Assembly (NCBI RefSeq): GCF_000143415.4
Contig: NW_003314345.1
Location: 204,574-268,573, forward strand
DNA from: Selaginella moellendorffii
Taxonomy: Eukaryota; Plantae; Lycopodiophyta
Length of the DNA stretch: 64,000 nt
Direction of reading: 5' to 3'
Numbering within the stretch: the stretch's first letter is position 1; every line of letters begins with the position of its first letter. The notes under the pieces are model-generated. The model was given only the letters and a program-made list of their open reading frames with translations, did not search any database and was not told the origin of the DNA. This document shows, piece by piece, positions 10,686 to 22,716 of this stretch. The position numbers and the translations under genes were made by a program.

Positions 10686-12812
10686 CTAACTAATTGTCAG
10701 CCATTCTTTTCCCTTCCAAGTTTTTTCCAGCTGTGTCTTCTGCCTGACCGCTGCTAGAGCTCTTTCGTCATCGCCATGACTTCCACAAGTGTACATGACG
10801 CTCGTCCATCCGACAACATGAGGCTCAAAAGGCATGCTCTTGAGCAAGGCATCGGCTTCTTCTATCTTTCCCGTGCGTCCGAGAAGGTCCACCATGCAAA
10901 CGTAGTGCTCCATGGACGGAGTTATTCCATAGTCCGCCTCCAACGACAGGAAATTGTCTCGCCCATCTCCGACGAGTCCAGCACTGCCGCAAGCACTGAG
11001 AACGCTCGTGAAGACAACGCTGTTGGGTTCCTCCACACCTTCGACTTGGAGCTGCTGGAAGAGCTCCAGCGCCGGCTTTCCACGACCATTTCGAGAATAA
11101 GCAGCAATCATCGCAGCCCAGGCAATGAGATCCTTGGAGACAATCCGGTGGAAAACTTCTCGAGCTTGGTGGAGGCATCCAGACTTGGCATACAAGTTCA
11201 CTAGCCCAGTCCCGACGAGAGTGTTTGATTCGAGACCACTCTCAGCAACGAAGCAGTGGATCATCCTTGCTTGGGCGAATGTCAAAGTTGCGGAGTCACA
11301 TCCACAGGCGTCGAGAACAGTGATAAATGTGCTCTCGTTTGGAAGAATCCCTTCTTGTTCCATCCAAGGGAGCGCATGGACACAGGAAGATGCTTGGCCA
11401 TGCTGAGAATATGCCCGAAGCATCGCATTCCATCCCAAAACGTTGCGCTCTGGCGCCTCGCGAAACAGTGCCTCCGCTTCCTCCAGATGCCCGGCGTGGG
11501 CATACACAGTCAGCATGGCCGTCCACGTCACGACGTCCTTGCGCACCACCTTGTCAAATGCCGCCCTCGCGGCATCCACGCGGCAGCACCGCCCGTACAT
11601 GCACACCAGCGCCGTACCCACTACCGTATCGTTTTCCAGGTCGCCGTGCGCGTTCATGCCGACGTGGACGAGCTGCCCCTCCGCTAGGCTGGACGATTCC
11701 GCGCACGCGTCGAATATCCGCGTGTACGTCACGCAATCCGGCCTTATGCCCTCCGAGTCCATGTGGCAGAGGAGCCGTACGGCTTGCGTGGCATGCCCGG
11801 TTTGGGCATATGCCGCCACCAAGAGGCTCCACGCGTGAGTGTCTCGATGTGGCATCTCTTGGAAAAAGAAAATGGTGGCTTTGGAGAGATCGTGGTTGTG
11901 GAGATAAGCGGCGAGCATCGTTGTCCATGCCATGGAGTCGTGATCATCGATAGAATTGAATACTTGCCTTGCTCGCAGCAAATCTCCTCTTTGGGCAAAT
12001 GCTGAGAGCATGGTGCTGCAAGAGATTGCGTCGTGCTGTGGCATACAGTCGAAGAGCTGCTTCGTTTGATCCAATTTCATAGCAAAAGATGGCAAAGAAG
12101 AAGAACAAGAAGAGAGCATCGTGTTCCAGGAGATTACATCCTTTCCGGGCATTCGATCGAAGACAACCTTGGCGGATTCACGATCCAGAGCTCTGATCAT
12201 CACATTCCAAGAGTCCACACCCCTAAAAGGCATCTTCTCAAAGGAATCTATCAAATCTAGAAGATGCCCCTGTCGGGCATACGCCACGAGCATCACGTTC
12301 CATGCGACTGCGCATCGTTCTGGGATCTCGTCAAAGATCTTCTTGACGGTGCCAAAATCCCCACTATGGAGTAGAGAAGCCAGGATGCTCGTCCAAGAAA
12401 CATTGTCCACGCAAGGCATCTTGCGAAACACATCTCGCGCTAAATCAGATTGCCCGTTTTGGGCATTTGCCGCGATCATGATATTCCACGAGAAGCTGTT
12501 TCGCCGCGACATTCCCCGAAACACCGAGATTGCATCCCCCAGAGATTTGCAGCTCCCATACATCTGGACCAGCAAATTCCCCAGAAAAGTCTCGTGCCGC
12601 CACCGATCGCTCCTCGCGATGATTGAATGCAATCGCCTCCCTTCCTCCAGAGCCCTGGCGCTGCTGCACTGTCGAATGAGCTCGCCATAGCTCCTGGAAT
12701 CCAAGCTCCCATGATCCCCACTCTCCAAATGCTCTCCCAGACTCTTCCCAATCCACAAAGTACCGCTGTTGATGGTGGCGACGCGCTTGGGATTGTAGCC
12801 CCACAGCGCCAT
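10686..12812 (-). CDS. PLS-class pentatricopeptide repeat protein with E-type C-terminus, no DYW domain
   Basis: 708-aa intronless ORF of tandem PPR motifs (VSWN.MI.AY, F..M..RD) ending HYVCMVDLLGRTG..EA..L..MPFEP..VGW. Confidence 0.93.
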   Translation of the reverse strand: MALWGYNPKRVATINSGTLWIGKSLGEHLESGDHGSLDSRSYGELIRQCSSARALEEGRRLHSIIARSDRWRHETFLGNLLVQMYGSCKSLGDAISVFRGMSRRNSFSWNIMIAANAQNGQSDLARDVFRKMPCVDNVSWTSILASLLHSGDFGTVKKIFDEIPERCAVAWNVMLVAYARQGHLLDLIDSFEKMPFRGVDSWNVMIRALDRESAKVVFDRMPGKDVISWNTMLSSCSSSLPSFAMKLDQTKQLFDCMPQHDAISCSTMLSAFAQRGDLLRARQVFNSIDDHDSMAWTTMLAAYLHNHDLSKATIFFFQEMPHRDTHAWSLLVAAYAQTGHATQAVRLLCHMDSEGIRPDCVTYTRIFDACAESSSLAEGQLVHVGMNAHGDLENDTVVGTALVCMYGRCCRVDAARAAFDKVVRKDVVTWTAMLTVYAHAGHLEEAEALFREAPERNVLGWNAMLRAYSQHGQASSCVHALPWMEQEGILPNESTFITVLDACGCDSATLTFAQARMIHCFVAESGLESNTLVGTGLVNLYAKSGCLHQAREVFHRIVSKDLIAWAAMIAAYSRNGRGKPALELFQQLQVEGVEEPNSVVFTSVLSACGSAGLVGDGRDNFLSLEADYGITPSMEHYVCMVDLLGRTGKIEEADALLKSMPFEPHVVGWTSVMYTCGSHGDDERALAAVRQKTQLEKTWKGKEWLTIS

Positions 12813-12899
12813 GCGCCTCCTTTCACGTCTTGGGTGATCGACTCACAAGGATATGAGATTTGCTTGAAGATGGCCACTCCATTGCAAGAGATGAAATCC

Positions 12900-13260
12900 C
12901 ACACGGGCATCCTCATGGCATTGTTGACGCACGGGATCCTGGCGACGATTTCTTATGCTCTGCCTGTGTCAGGATGATCACGGCCTATGGGGATTCCGGC
13001 AAGTGTGGAAGATGGAGGAGGTCTTTCACGAGATGCAAGAGAGGAACATTGTCAGCTGGAATGGGATGATCGCTGGCTATGCCTTCAATGGGGAACTGGA
13101 GAAGGCCAGAAGTTTGTTTGATCTCATGCCGAGGTGGGATGTCTCGTCCTGAAACGCTCTCCTTGTGGCTTTTGCACAGCAATACGATGCTCACGGCACC
13201 AAGACGGTGCTTGATTCGGGCCTCTACACAGCTTGGTCTCCTCAAAAGCAAAGATTGGAG
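12900..13260 (+). pseudogene. PPR gene fragment with frameshift and stop
   Basis: MITAYGDSG / EEVFHEMQERNIVSWNGMIAGYAFNGELEKARSLFDLMPRWDVSS*NALLVAFAQ. Confidence 0.75.
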
Positions 13261-14356
13261 ATGAAAGACTTCTTTGACCGGATTCTAGCCGGATGTGGTC
13301 TCCTGGAACTCATGTCGGATGTTCAATCAAACAGCGCCAAGAGCATGAACTATTCACAAACGTTTGCAAACCATCATTCTGAAGCTTATAAGAACTCAAA
13401 AATGGCTGTCCACTGACATATTCACTCCAACTTGGAGCTAAAGCAGCTCAAAGTGCCTCTGAACACCCTAGAGTGAGTGAAGCCATATTGATAAAAGGAA
13501 TTTTTGTTGTTGTCAGAGATTGAATCTAGGACTATTCATTATTATATTTACTCCAAATTATTTTTTTTCATCACTTTGCTTATGAATTTAGCAATGACTT
13601 AATCTATGTTTGATTCCATTTGTTTAGGAATTGGAAGTTATTTTGTGAATTTAACCAGATCAAGACTATGATCTTGGGTGGGGAAAGTAGGACAATTTCC
13701 TTCTTTGCATGTAGGGGGTTATTCCATGGCAAATCTTCATATCTAAAACCCTAACCAAGAGCACTATTTGTTATCTTGGTTTGCTTAATGGTAGTTATTT
13801 ATTAATCCAGTTGATCAATAATTATAAACTTAGTATACTAATATATTAAAAAGTAAAGCTTATAAATTATAAATAAAACATTGATTTAAATGAATAAGAA
13901 TAGTTAATTGGTAAAATATCCCAAATTATCCAAACTATATTCTAAATATATCCAGTATCACCCAAAAATACATTTTTGTATTTCATGACAGCTCAACATT
14001 TAGGTGTCATGTTATAGCACAATAATAAATTAAAAGTCATAAATACTAGCTAGAGTATAGGAAATTAATTATGCATTTAGAAGCATCATCCTAAGTCTCA
14101 AGACTCCAACATTTAGATATTTAAAAAAGGGTTACCATTACATAAGACTAAATAGCAATCTTTTTGTATTTTAACTTTTTATCATCAATTGCATATTCAC
14201 ATACTTAAAATTTGAAATACTCTAGCAATGCCAAGTTTATTCTCACTCATGACCTTGATATAAACCTTCTTTGAGATTGAAGAATTTGAGTCATTCTTTT
14301 TTCTTCATTTTTTGTATATTTGTTTGTGTTTACCTCAAGAGTCGTTATAAAACCTT

Positions 14357-14863
14357 CTTTTCCAATCGATTAAGGGTCTTGGAATATTTGGGGTTAAGTG
14401 TCTTTAGGTTTGAATAGTATTAGGTTTGGTGACCTCCCAGGAAATTCAAATTTAGGAGCTTACATTTGGTATCAAAGGGGTTTTAGGTCCGACTATGTTG
14501 GTTAGCTAGGGGAATTACATCACATATTGATTAACATCTGGCTGGTCCAATTTGCTCCCACTGAACTCAACCCGAGGGGTAGAGTGTTAAGAGAGTGGGG
14601 CTCTCAGGAAAGCTGAAGCTCTCAACTTTCGTTCACGAGGGTGTGAACTTACAAGGAAACGTGATAGATTGTAAACAACTAAAGAGAACGAATTGAGAGA
14701 CGATCTATAGGGTTCAAATATAAAAGAAAAGGCCTTATGAATAAAAGTGCACTCTCTTTTCCAATCAGTTAAGAGTCTTTAGATATTTAGAGTTAACTGT
14801 CCTTGGGTTTGAATAGTATTGGGCTGGATGACCTCCCAGGAAGTTCAAATTCAGGAACTTACA
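14357..14863 (+). mobile_element. Cassandra-type TRIM, 5'-truncated (partial 5' LTR to 14464, PBS, ~205 bp internal region, 3' LTR 14670-14863)
   Basis: LTR ends TTACA followed by TGGTATCAAAG (tRNA-iMet PBS). The 3' LTR is TGTAA...TTACA, 194 bp. Both LTRs carry a 5S rRNA-like A-box/C-box segment. Confidence 0.85.
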
Positions 14864-14879
14864 CTCTTACTTTTTTATA

Positions 14880-17516
14880 CAATATAGATACACCAAAACA
14901 TAAGTATTTTCATTTGTGGCCATTATGAGAGAGAAGGTATTGTAAGATGAAATGAATTGTTAGTAAAAGATTTTAAGAAAAGCAAAAAGAAACAAAAAAG
15001 GCAGCAAAATAAAAAATCTTAAAGATTATGAAAAATTTCGACCAAAAGAGAACTCAATCCTATTAAAGATGGCGAAAATTTACTTCACAAACCTAAAGCA
15101 ATTACAATCAATTCAACAAGAAGTGGACTAAGACTCAAGATTTTAACAATTAAGAAATTTTTTTAATACTTACAAAATAGTTTTAACAAATTTAAGAAAG
15201 ATTTCCCGACACTAAAGAAAAATTTCAATAAATGTAAAATATTGATGAAACAACACAACTATTCTTTCAGAAATTAAAGATGTACAAGATATGAAGATTG
15301 TCTCATTTGTGGCTTTTAAATTACGCTAAACTCTACACAATATACTACATAAAGAGACAATATAATTATTATATCATAAAAAAGATTGCTATAAAGATTA
15401 AAGACAAAGAAAAAAAAAACAACAAAAAGAAAAATTAAAAAAAATGGGAGTATATGCAAGGAAAATTATATTTGGTTTGACCATTTCATAAGAGTTTAAA
15501 GCCTAATTTGGATTTGAAACCTTATTTGAAACCTAATTTGAAACCTTATCGAAATTCAAGAAAGAATCTTCAACTTAGTTCATAACTAATAAAATCAAGA
15601 AAACCATAAACCAATATATTTATGAATCAATATCCACAGTAAAAAATTTATAGGAAAATAAAATAAGATAAAGCTTTACATATGGAGACTCATTGTTGAG
15701 TTTTTCTAGATCTTCTACATCTACATAGATCAAAAACGCATTTGCCAAAAAGAAAAAATAAAATAGCATATACAAAATGAAGTCAATTCAATCTACTAGA
15801 GACTATTAACCTTTATATTTTAAGAAATCAAGAAAATCATTAAACTTGAATACTTTTAAAGATACATCACACTTATTGGTGTAGCTATATATGAGTTAAT
15901 TGATAAAGAAATACAAAATAAAACTTGGGCAAAATAACAATAGAGACACTCATAAATACTTCAACTCTTAACCAAGTTAATTTGCAAAAATTACAAGAAT
16001 TAAAAATTTGAAAACCTCTTTTAACAACAACATCGAGGACAAAAACACTTCAAATACAACCATTACTCAATTTAGATTTTTCAAATATCACTATTGACTG
16101 CAAAACACAAATGCTCATAATGTGCATACAAAAGATTGACACAACACAATTAAAGGTATATCTTGAATACATTTACAACAAGGACTTGCAAAAAGAATAG
16201 CCATAATATGCATTTTTATTTGATTCTAAAATTGTCAAACAACAATCTTATTGAAGATTGATCAAATTTATCAAGTTGAGTATGATATAGCAATAAAAAT
16301 ACCAATATATAAGATTGTGTTATTCTACATTACACAATTTTACAACTATATAACATTTACTCTAGAAGAATAAATATACCAAAGACTAAAAGACAAAGTC
16401 AAGAAAACAAATTCAAGACATTGAATTCAAGAAATGAAGTACAAGATTTCAGTAGAATATTAAATATATACATATAAACCCAACTTGGTCAAGATACAAG
16501 AATGAAATCAATAACAACAAAAATGAAAAGATAATAGAGGATTTCATCCAACTTTAGAAACAAAAAAATACTCAAATTAAAGAAGAAATCTTTGAGAACA
16601 CTATTAATAACTGTAACAAAATGAACCAAATAATATAAGTAAGAGAATCAAGCTAAAAGAATACTAAAGACTCAACATAATAAGATTTAGAAGATTTAGA
16701 ATAAAATTTACCACCACTAGAGAATCCAGACTAGGAATGCTATAATATCGATAATTTTTAAAGAAATAGCTCTCATTAACCAACAATATGATTACCTATC
16801 TAATCTTCACTAATAACAAAACTGAAAATCTATAACAATTCAACTTGATTATTAAAGTTAACCAGTAACAAAACAATGAAAATCTTTTATCGCATTCACT
16901 CTCAAACATAAAGCATTAGAATGGTATTATAACTTCTACAAAAAACTTAAATTCAAAAATAAGATAAAATGATTATAAAAAAGTACCAACCTAGAGGAAC
17001 TATAATTGAACATTTTGAACATCTTAAAAATATCAAATAAAGAAGTAAAAAAGACATTAAAAATGACTTAAACATTCAAAAACAATGCAAAACATACAAA
17101 GACTTACTAATTGGATAAGGTAAGTATATTTAGCATATACACGGTTTGAAAAAAATTTATTAACAAATGGTTGCAATGGCAAGTGTTGATGACAATACTA
17201 AAGTTGATATGACTGTCAAAGAAAGTTCTACAAAAACATTCTCAAAAATTCTCAAAAAATTAAATTCTCAAGAAATGAAGACTCATTTAGTAATCAGAAA
17301 AATACAAGCTTGAATACAAGAAAAAGAACAGAAAACAAGACCTCACCAAGATATTCAAGAAAGTCACAATAAAGAATAAACTTAAAAGAGTATGATGTAC
17401 AAAATGAAAAAATTGAAAGACATGTTATAATAAAATATAAGTTATAGTTTTCTAAATGTTAGATTTGTGAAAAAGAAGGACATATTACAAAGATTTATCA
17501 TTACCGAGAAGCCATA
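14880..17516 (+). mobile_element. Highly decayed retrotransposon gag with long N-terminal extension; homologue of 36442-39650
   Basis: A-rich. Translated patches match the minus-strand copy (TLQIQPLL..FSNITI; zinc-knuckle region ...FSKC*ICEKEGH). Confidence 0.65.
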
Positions 17517-18735
17517 TGTAAGTGATTAATTTTTCCATTCTACTTTAGTTACTTAATCACAACTTCGACCACATGGAGGAGTCTCACTCTCAACCTTCAT
17601 AAGTTTTATTCTAAACTTAAGGATTTACTAGCCCCAAAAATTGCATTTATACCACTCAACCTTTGCACTTGGTCCAAGTGCTCCACATGTCTAATCCCAG
17701 ACTGACACTTAAAAATATCATCAATATATCAACTTGTTATGCTAATGCCATGCTCATTCACCTTTGTCACACTGGTGGTCCAACACCACCTACATCACAA
17801 TCCCACCTCTCAAAGACTGAGCCATCCATTCATGAATGATCATCTCATATCCACTCTTTAGCATCCTCAAGATGCTTGCAAACATGGGGAATAATTTTCC
17901 CTAATATCCCTTTTTCAGTCCCTACCAAATCCCTTTCCATCCATGGTCATGTTTGCCAACATTGCCACTAGGTTAAGGCATATAAGCCCGACCACTATAT
18001 CCCAATGACATTTAAGACTTCCTTGCTATATGACATCATTTTTGGTCACTCTATAAGTGGATTGCTTTTCTTCCTTTCCATAGTCTAAGACTTTGGGATG
18101 ACATTTCGAAACACCACAGCCCTATGTGAGCCTCATAGGTACTTTTTCCACCATCCACTTTTGGGTGCCCTAACTAAATGGCTAAAGTAAGGTTTCGATG
18201 AGCCACGCTAGGTATTCAATTAAGTAGTGTCACCCACACTTAACTAAGAGCATCAACTATTCGATCTTCTAGGAGAGCTAGAGCCAGCTCTTGAACACTT
18301 CACCAAGCTACCCCGCTTGTCTATCTGTATCTATATCCCCCATAGTTCTAAAGATCCATGGCAATAATATATCCAAATCTCATACTATAATCATATATAC
18401 TATAATGAAGCAAGGGGACTTTCGAGTGGTTATATCATCACCCAACATATGGGTATAGCCTTCCTAAGCCACATTAGCCTTTCCTAAGCCACATTAGCCT
18501 TTCCTAGCCAAATTGATTCCATTGGAGTTCAACCCCTTGTAACGTATGTGATCATGGGATGAGATTTAAATATACTGTCACTGTGGATCCTTAGAACATT
18601 GGGGGATAAAATAGTCATTAAAGGCTCTTTCATCAAGCAATTGCCCCTTTTTCAATTGACTTAAAGGGAGAGAGATAAGGTGCATTACACCCCTACACTC
18701 TCTCTACTATACTTTTGGAACCCCTTGCAGCCCTT
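17517..18735 (-). mobile_element. LTR-C family LTR remnant
   Basis: Starts TGTAAGTGATTAATTT as at 31044 and 45599. Reverse complement of 44460-45320 and 56100-56800. Confidence 0.75.
18538..18689. mobile_element. 152-bp solo mini-LTR with 5-bp TSD CCCCT
   Basis: TGTAA...TTACA termini; CCCCT at 18533-18537 and 18690-18694. Inverted homologue at 30078-30232. Confidence 0.85.
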
Positions 18736-18744
18736 TACAAGAGT

Positions 18745-19720
18745 TAGTCTTTACTACAATTATGAAAACTTATATATTAAATGGTGTTAGATTGTGAATT
18801 TAGAAGCAAAAACACTATTCTATTCAAAACAATCTCTACATTCTATCAATATTCTCAACTAGTAGATCTAGATACTTTCTATAAATAGTCAATGGGATCG
18901 AAATGGGACCAACACAAACGAGAATGTTTGTGTCACAAATATGACTTTGCGTATTGAAAAATACTTATCGACAAGTCCTTACAGACACTTTCTCTTTACT
19001 GCTATAATGGTAAGAGGTTAATACAATTAATTCCCTTTATAGTTCCCATTTGAGTTAGTTGAGGAACTTGTCAATATATGTGAAGGAACTCTTGCTGAGC
19101 ATATTTGGTCTAGTTTGAAAAATTTGTGTCATTGGCTTGTATTTGCTAGCATCAAGAACCCCCATAATATTGAGTTTCCCTTAATATCATTACATGATAG
19201 CTTATCGTATCCATTAGACACCCTTACTATCATACCTCATGTGTTGGTCCCATTTTAATTCTATATACTATTTATAGTAAGTGTCTAGATCCACTCAAGA
19301 GGTGAATGTAAAGAGTGTCTTGAACCCTATAGTGTTGTTTCTTACACCTTGATTTGCAATCTAATGTCATTCTATATTTTGTAAGTTTCATGCTTGTCCT
19401 AGAGACTAACTCCTAATACTAAAGGTGAAAGCATGCATTCCTCAAGGAAAAAAGGCGGGACCGGGGGAGGGGGAAGGGGAAGGGTGTGGGGAGCAGGGAT
19501 ATAAGGAATTCCAAATGTATAATAGGGATAGTAGTTGGAATGCATGGCCAAGCACATAAAACATTAATTTAGCTCCTAAGTTATGTCACTTTTTGTTCTA
19601 CTTCCAACTTAGATTTAAGCCTAAGTTCCATGTTTCTCTTGTTAGTAGAATACCCTCCTCCTTGTGTTAAGCCACCGGTATGTCAAAATTGTGCCAGATC
19701 CAGATACCATTTTACATGCA
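18745..19720. mobile_element. Two decayed LTR-A pieces (minus 18745-18930, plus 18931-19720)
   Basis: 18931 TGTCACAAATATGAC matches the LTR-A start TGTCACGAATGTGAC, and internal blocks align with 35309-36441. Confidence 0.7.
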
Positions 19721-19724
19721 AGTA

Positions 19725-21060
19725 TTAGATACACTATTAGCCTAGTTGATCTCAGGATTCATGAAGGGGGGGTAATGCCTATTTGATTCTGGACAGGCCC
19801 ATTTGAAGTTAGGAAAACACACGTCAACAACACCATCCTTAACATTGATCATCACATTACCATCTCACATATCCCCATGAACACGAAAAGCCACATGGCC
19901 ATTGCAGTTGCCAACTTTCACCTGTGTGCACCTACCAGTGCCCAGAGCACACATCCTGTCCGCCTCAGGATGTCCAAGCAGCGGCTTCCATCCATCCTGC
20001 ACACTTAGGTACTCCATCATCCACCCCCTAAGAACTTCAAGTGTTGTGAGTAGCTGGGTGCAAGCCAGCCTTGGCCCACACTTTATGCACATGACAGCCC
20101 TATCGCTGAGCATACTTGATGACATACTTCTCACCATCCTGATCAACAACATAAACCCTTTTGTTATGAATCTTGGTCACTTTGGACTCCACATTGAGGG
20201 AACAATGCAGAGGATAAGGGAACAGCTGGTTCCGCCTCCTGCACATGCCAATCTCTGTACAAGTCCCGCAGCCTGAGCAAGCACCTCTTTACAGTGATGC
20301 AGATCGTAACATCCTTCTCTGCCATCGGGCAATGGTGGTCTTGGATTGGCACAATAACGGTCACCGTTAGCGGTTGATAGCAGCAGTGGCCATTGAGCAT
20401 GGCAACTCCGCCAACCCGAAAAACCAGCCCAACCTGATCAATGACAACTGCCAGATAGCAAGAGTTTTACCTTTGGTCGAGCCTTGCAGTAATAAAGCTT
20501 GAGGTTGTCCATGGCTTCAATACTGCTCGTAGAAAAGCCTAGCTTTACTTCGATGAGCCCTAGAAGAACATCCGAGATGCTGTCGCAGATGCCTAGATCC
20601 GTACTTGTCAGAGTATTCCGGGAGAAGTTCCCCGTGGACATCTCCTCCTGGACATAAATACCAATGTATCGGTGCCACAAATCGCGCAAGATGGAAATCA
20701 TCTTTGACTCGCTCGAGTAGAAAGCAGACGAGGCCTCGGCAAGCCGGCAGTAGAAGTCGTAGTCCTCTTCCTTGCATTGGATCGGAAATCGGCCATCCAC
20801 TATGTCCAGGAACAAGCCGAAGACCGGATTCATGAGCTGCAGTGGCAGAGGCGCCGCCGGTAAAGCATATTAAACATCCGGTATCTTGGCCATCTGGGCC
20901 CTTCGGACAGACTCCAGGTTGGTGCTCGAAGGGCGATGCAACTCGCCAAATGTGGCATCGCATTCAGCTTCATCTACATAGAGACCAGGAATGATTAACG
21001 CTACAACAAAGCAGAAGCCATACCTCCTGCCCCGCGGGAAGGAGATCATCATCTTCCAGA
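19725..21060 (-). pseudogene. Crinkler (CRN)-type PD-(D/E)xK nuclease plus kinase-like effector pseudogene
   Basis: PLQLMNPVFGLFLD...SAFYSSE...TDLGI...LIEVK.G, then FPYP...YVIKYAQR*G..VH..WA..GL, MMEYL, VHGDM*DGNVMI, NFKWA (decayed DFDWA), YPPFMNPEIN*. Several stops and frameshifts. Confidence 0.75.
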
Positions 21061-21724
21061 ACGAACCGCCGCTGAGGACTCAGCGCCGTTGATAAAAATC
21101 ACCTCCTTGTCGCTCTGTATCGAAATAACGGCTGAGGACGCATATTCTGGGCATATGCCAAGATATATAATTAACCACAAACCCCACTTTGCATTTGTTA
21201 GCTTACAAAAACATTTTATTAACACTTTGGAGCAAGTTTGAAAAAACAAGACCTTTAAGCCTTAGAATTTACCTCAAGCGTGAATTCAACCATGGCCTAT
21301 ATGGGAGGCTGTTAGTGGCCTAAGGCCATGCATGTGTTGACCATTGGTGCTCAATCTTTTGCACCCAGACCTATGCTATCAGGTTGCATCGTGATTCATG
21401 CAGTGGGAGGAATGGCACTCACCCACGTGCACAGAATGCCTGATTGCAAACACCAGGTTCACACCTCTTCGATTTTCTTGCTGGATTGCTTTTAGAGTGC
21501 CGTGATTCTTAATCTCTTTCTTGCCCCCAGGACACTCTCACGGGATTCCAGGGCATTCTCTGCTGGCGTGTAGTGGCATCATGGGTTGTTCAGATCAATG
21601 TAAGCGCAAGGAGCTTCTCAAGGAAAATCCAATCTACATTTTCATCCACAACAGCAAGTCTATCTGTCTTGTCATCGTCAACTACATTAACAGGGTTCTC
21701 ACATCCATGCGGGCAGACTTGGTT

Positions 21725-22300
21725 GTGATAACCGGCTTCCTGGACAACGGCACGGTGATGAAGGACTACACCATGGTGCTACAGATGGTCTTCTGGCTGC
21801 ATCGGATATGTGATCAGAGAAACAGAAGAAAAACTTTGAACTTCACAAAAGCAGGACAGTGCAGAGCTGCTGATAAAATGCTGGCTACGCTGGGCGATGA
21901 TTTCGACTGTCCGATCTGCCTCGCTCATCCTTCTGGAGCCGTTATCACATCCTGTGCTCACGTTTTCTGCCGGAGGTGCCTCAAGAAAGCACTGTAAGAT
22001 GAGGACAAAGCTGAGCGAGGACAATATCTTCGCTAGGGAAACCAAAGGAGGAAGCAGATGAAGAGCCGTCCAACAATAACGATGTAGAGAACGACAATGA
22101 CAATCCTTGTCAAGGAGTGAAGCCAAGTGCCAAGATCAACGTGCTGAAAACGAAAAAGTCATCAAGGAGCCACTCCAAAAGGCCAGTTTCAAGTTCGTCA
22201 AGCTCAAGGTCGGCATGAGCGGAAGAGGAGTGGCTGTTCTTCTCAGCCTCAAGGTCGCTGGAGTGTGACGGCGTCCAACGTTTTCATGATTGATCCATCA
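21725..22300 (+). pseudogene. Internally deleted fragment of a RAD5/HLTF-like SNF2 RING helicase
   Basis: GTVMKDYTMVLQ..L.RICD, DDFDCPICL...AVITSCAHVFCRRCL (C3HC4 RING), PSAKINVL, VLLSLKVAGV, SNVFMIDP remnants. Confidence 0.75.
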
Positions 22301-22349
22301 ACGTTAGGTGGCTGGATCCGACGGCCCAAAAAGTTCGGCAACTTGCGCT

Positions 22350-22650
22350 GGCATCGCCCTCAAAGATCTTCTTGACGCTGCAAAACTCCCCGCTATGGAG
22401 GAGAGATGCCAGGATGCTCGTCCGAGCGCGCAAGGCATCTTCATCTTTGAATGCAATCACCTCCCTTCCTCCAGAGCCCTGGCGCTGCTGCGCTGTCGGA
22501 TGAGCTCGCCATAACTCCTGGAATCCAAGCTCCGATCATCCTCACGCTCCAAATGCTCCACTATCTCTCGCAGATTCTTCCCAGTCCACAAAGTGCCCGC
22601 TGTTGATGGTGGCGACCCTGGTATACAGCGCCATCCACCGCCTGTTTCGT
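22350..22650 (-). pseudogene. Deleted duplicate of the 5' end of the PPR gene at 10686-12812
   Basis: Blocks such as GAATGCAATCACCTCCCTTCCTCCAGAGCCCTGGCGCTGCTG and TGTTGATGGTGGCGAC match 12330-12825. Confidence 0.85.
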
Positions 22651-22716
22651 GTCATCGTAGCCCCAGATCGATCGATTCACGAGGAGCTCGCGAGCAAGGA
22701 GACAGGTAGCGTTTGG

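Noticed and set aside
13740-13760. Telomere-like AAACCCTAA
   Set aside because: A single unit with no array.
14390-14850. 5S rRNA genes
   Set aside because: Only the ~55-nt promoter part of 5S is present, embedded in TG...CA LTRs with a PBS. No full 120-nt gene or T-rich terminator.
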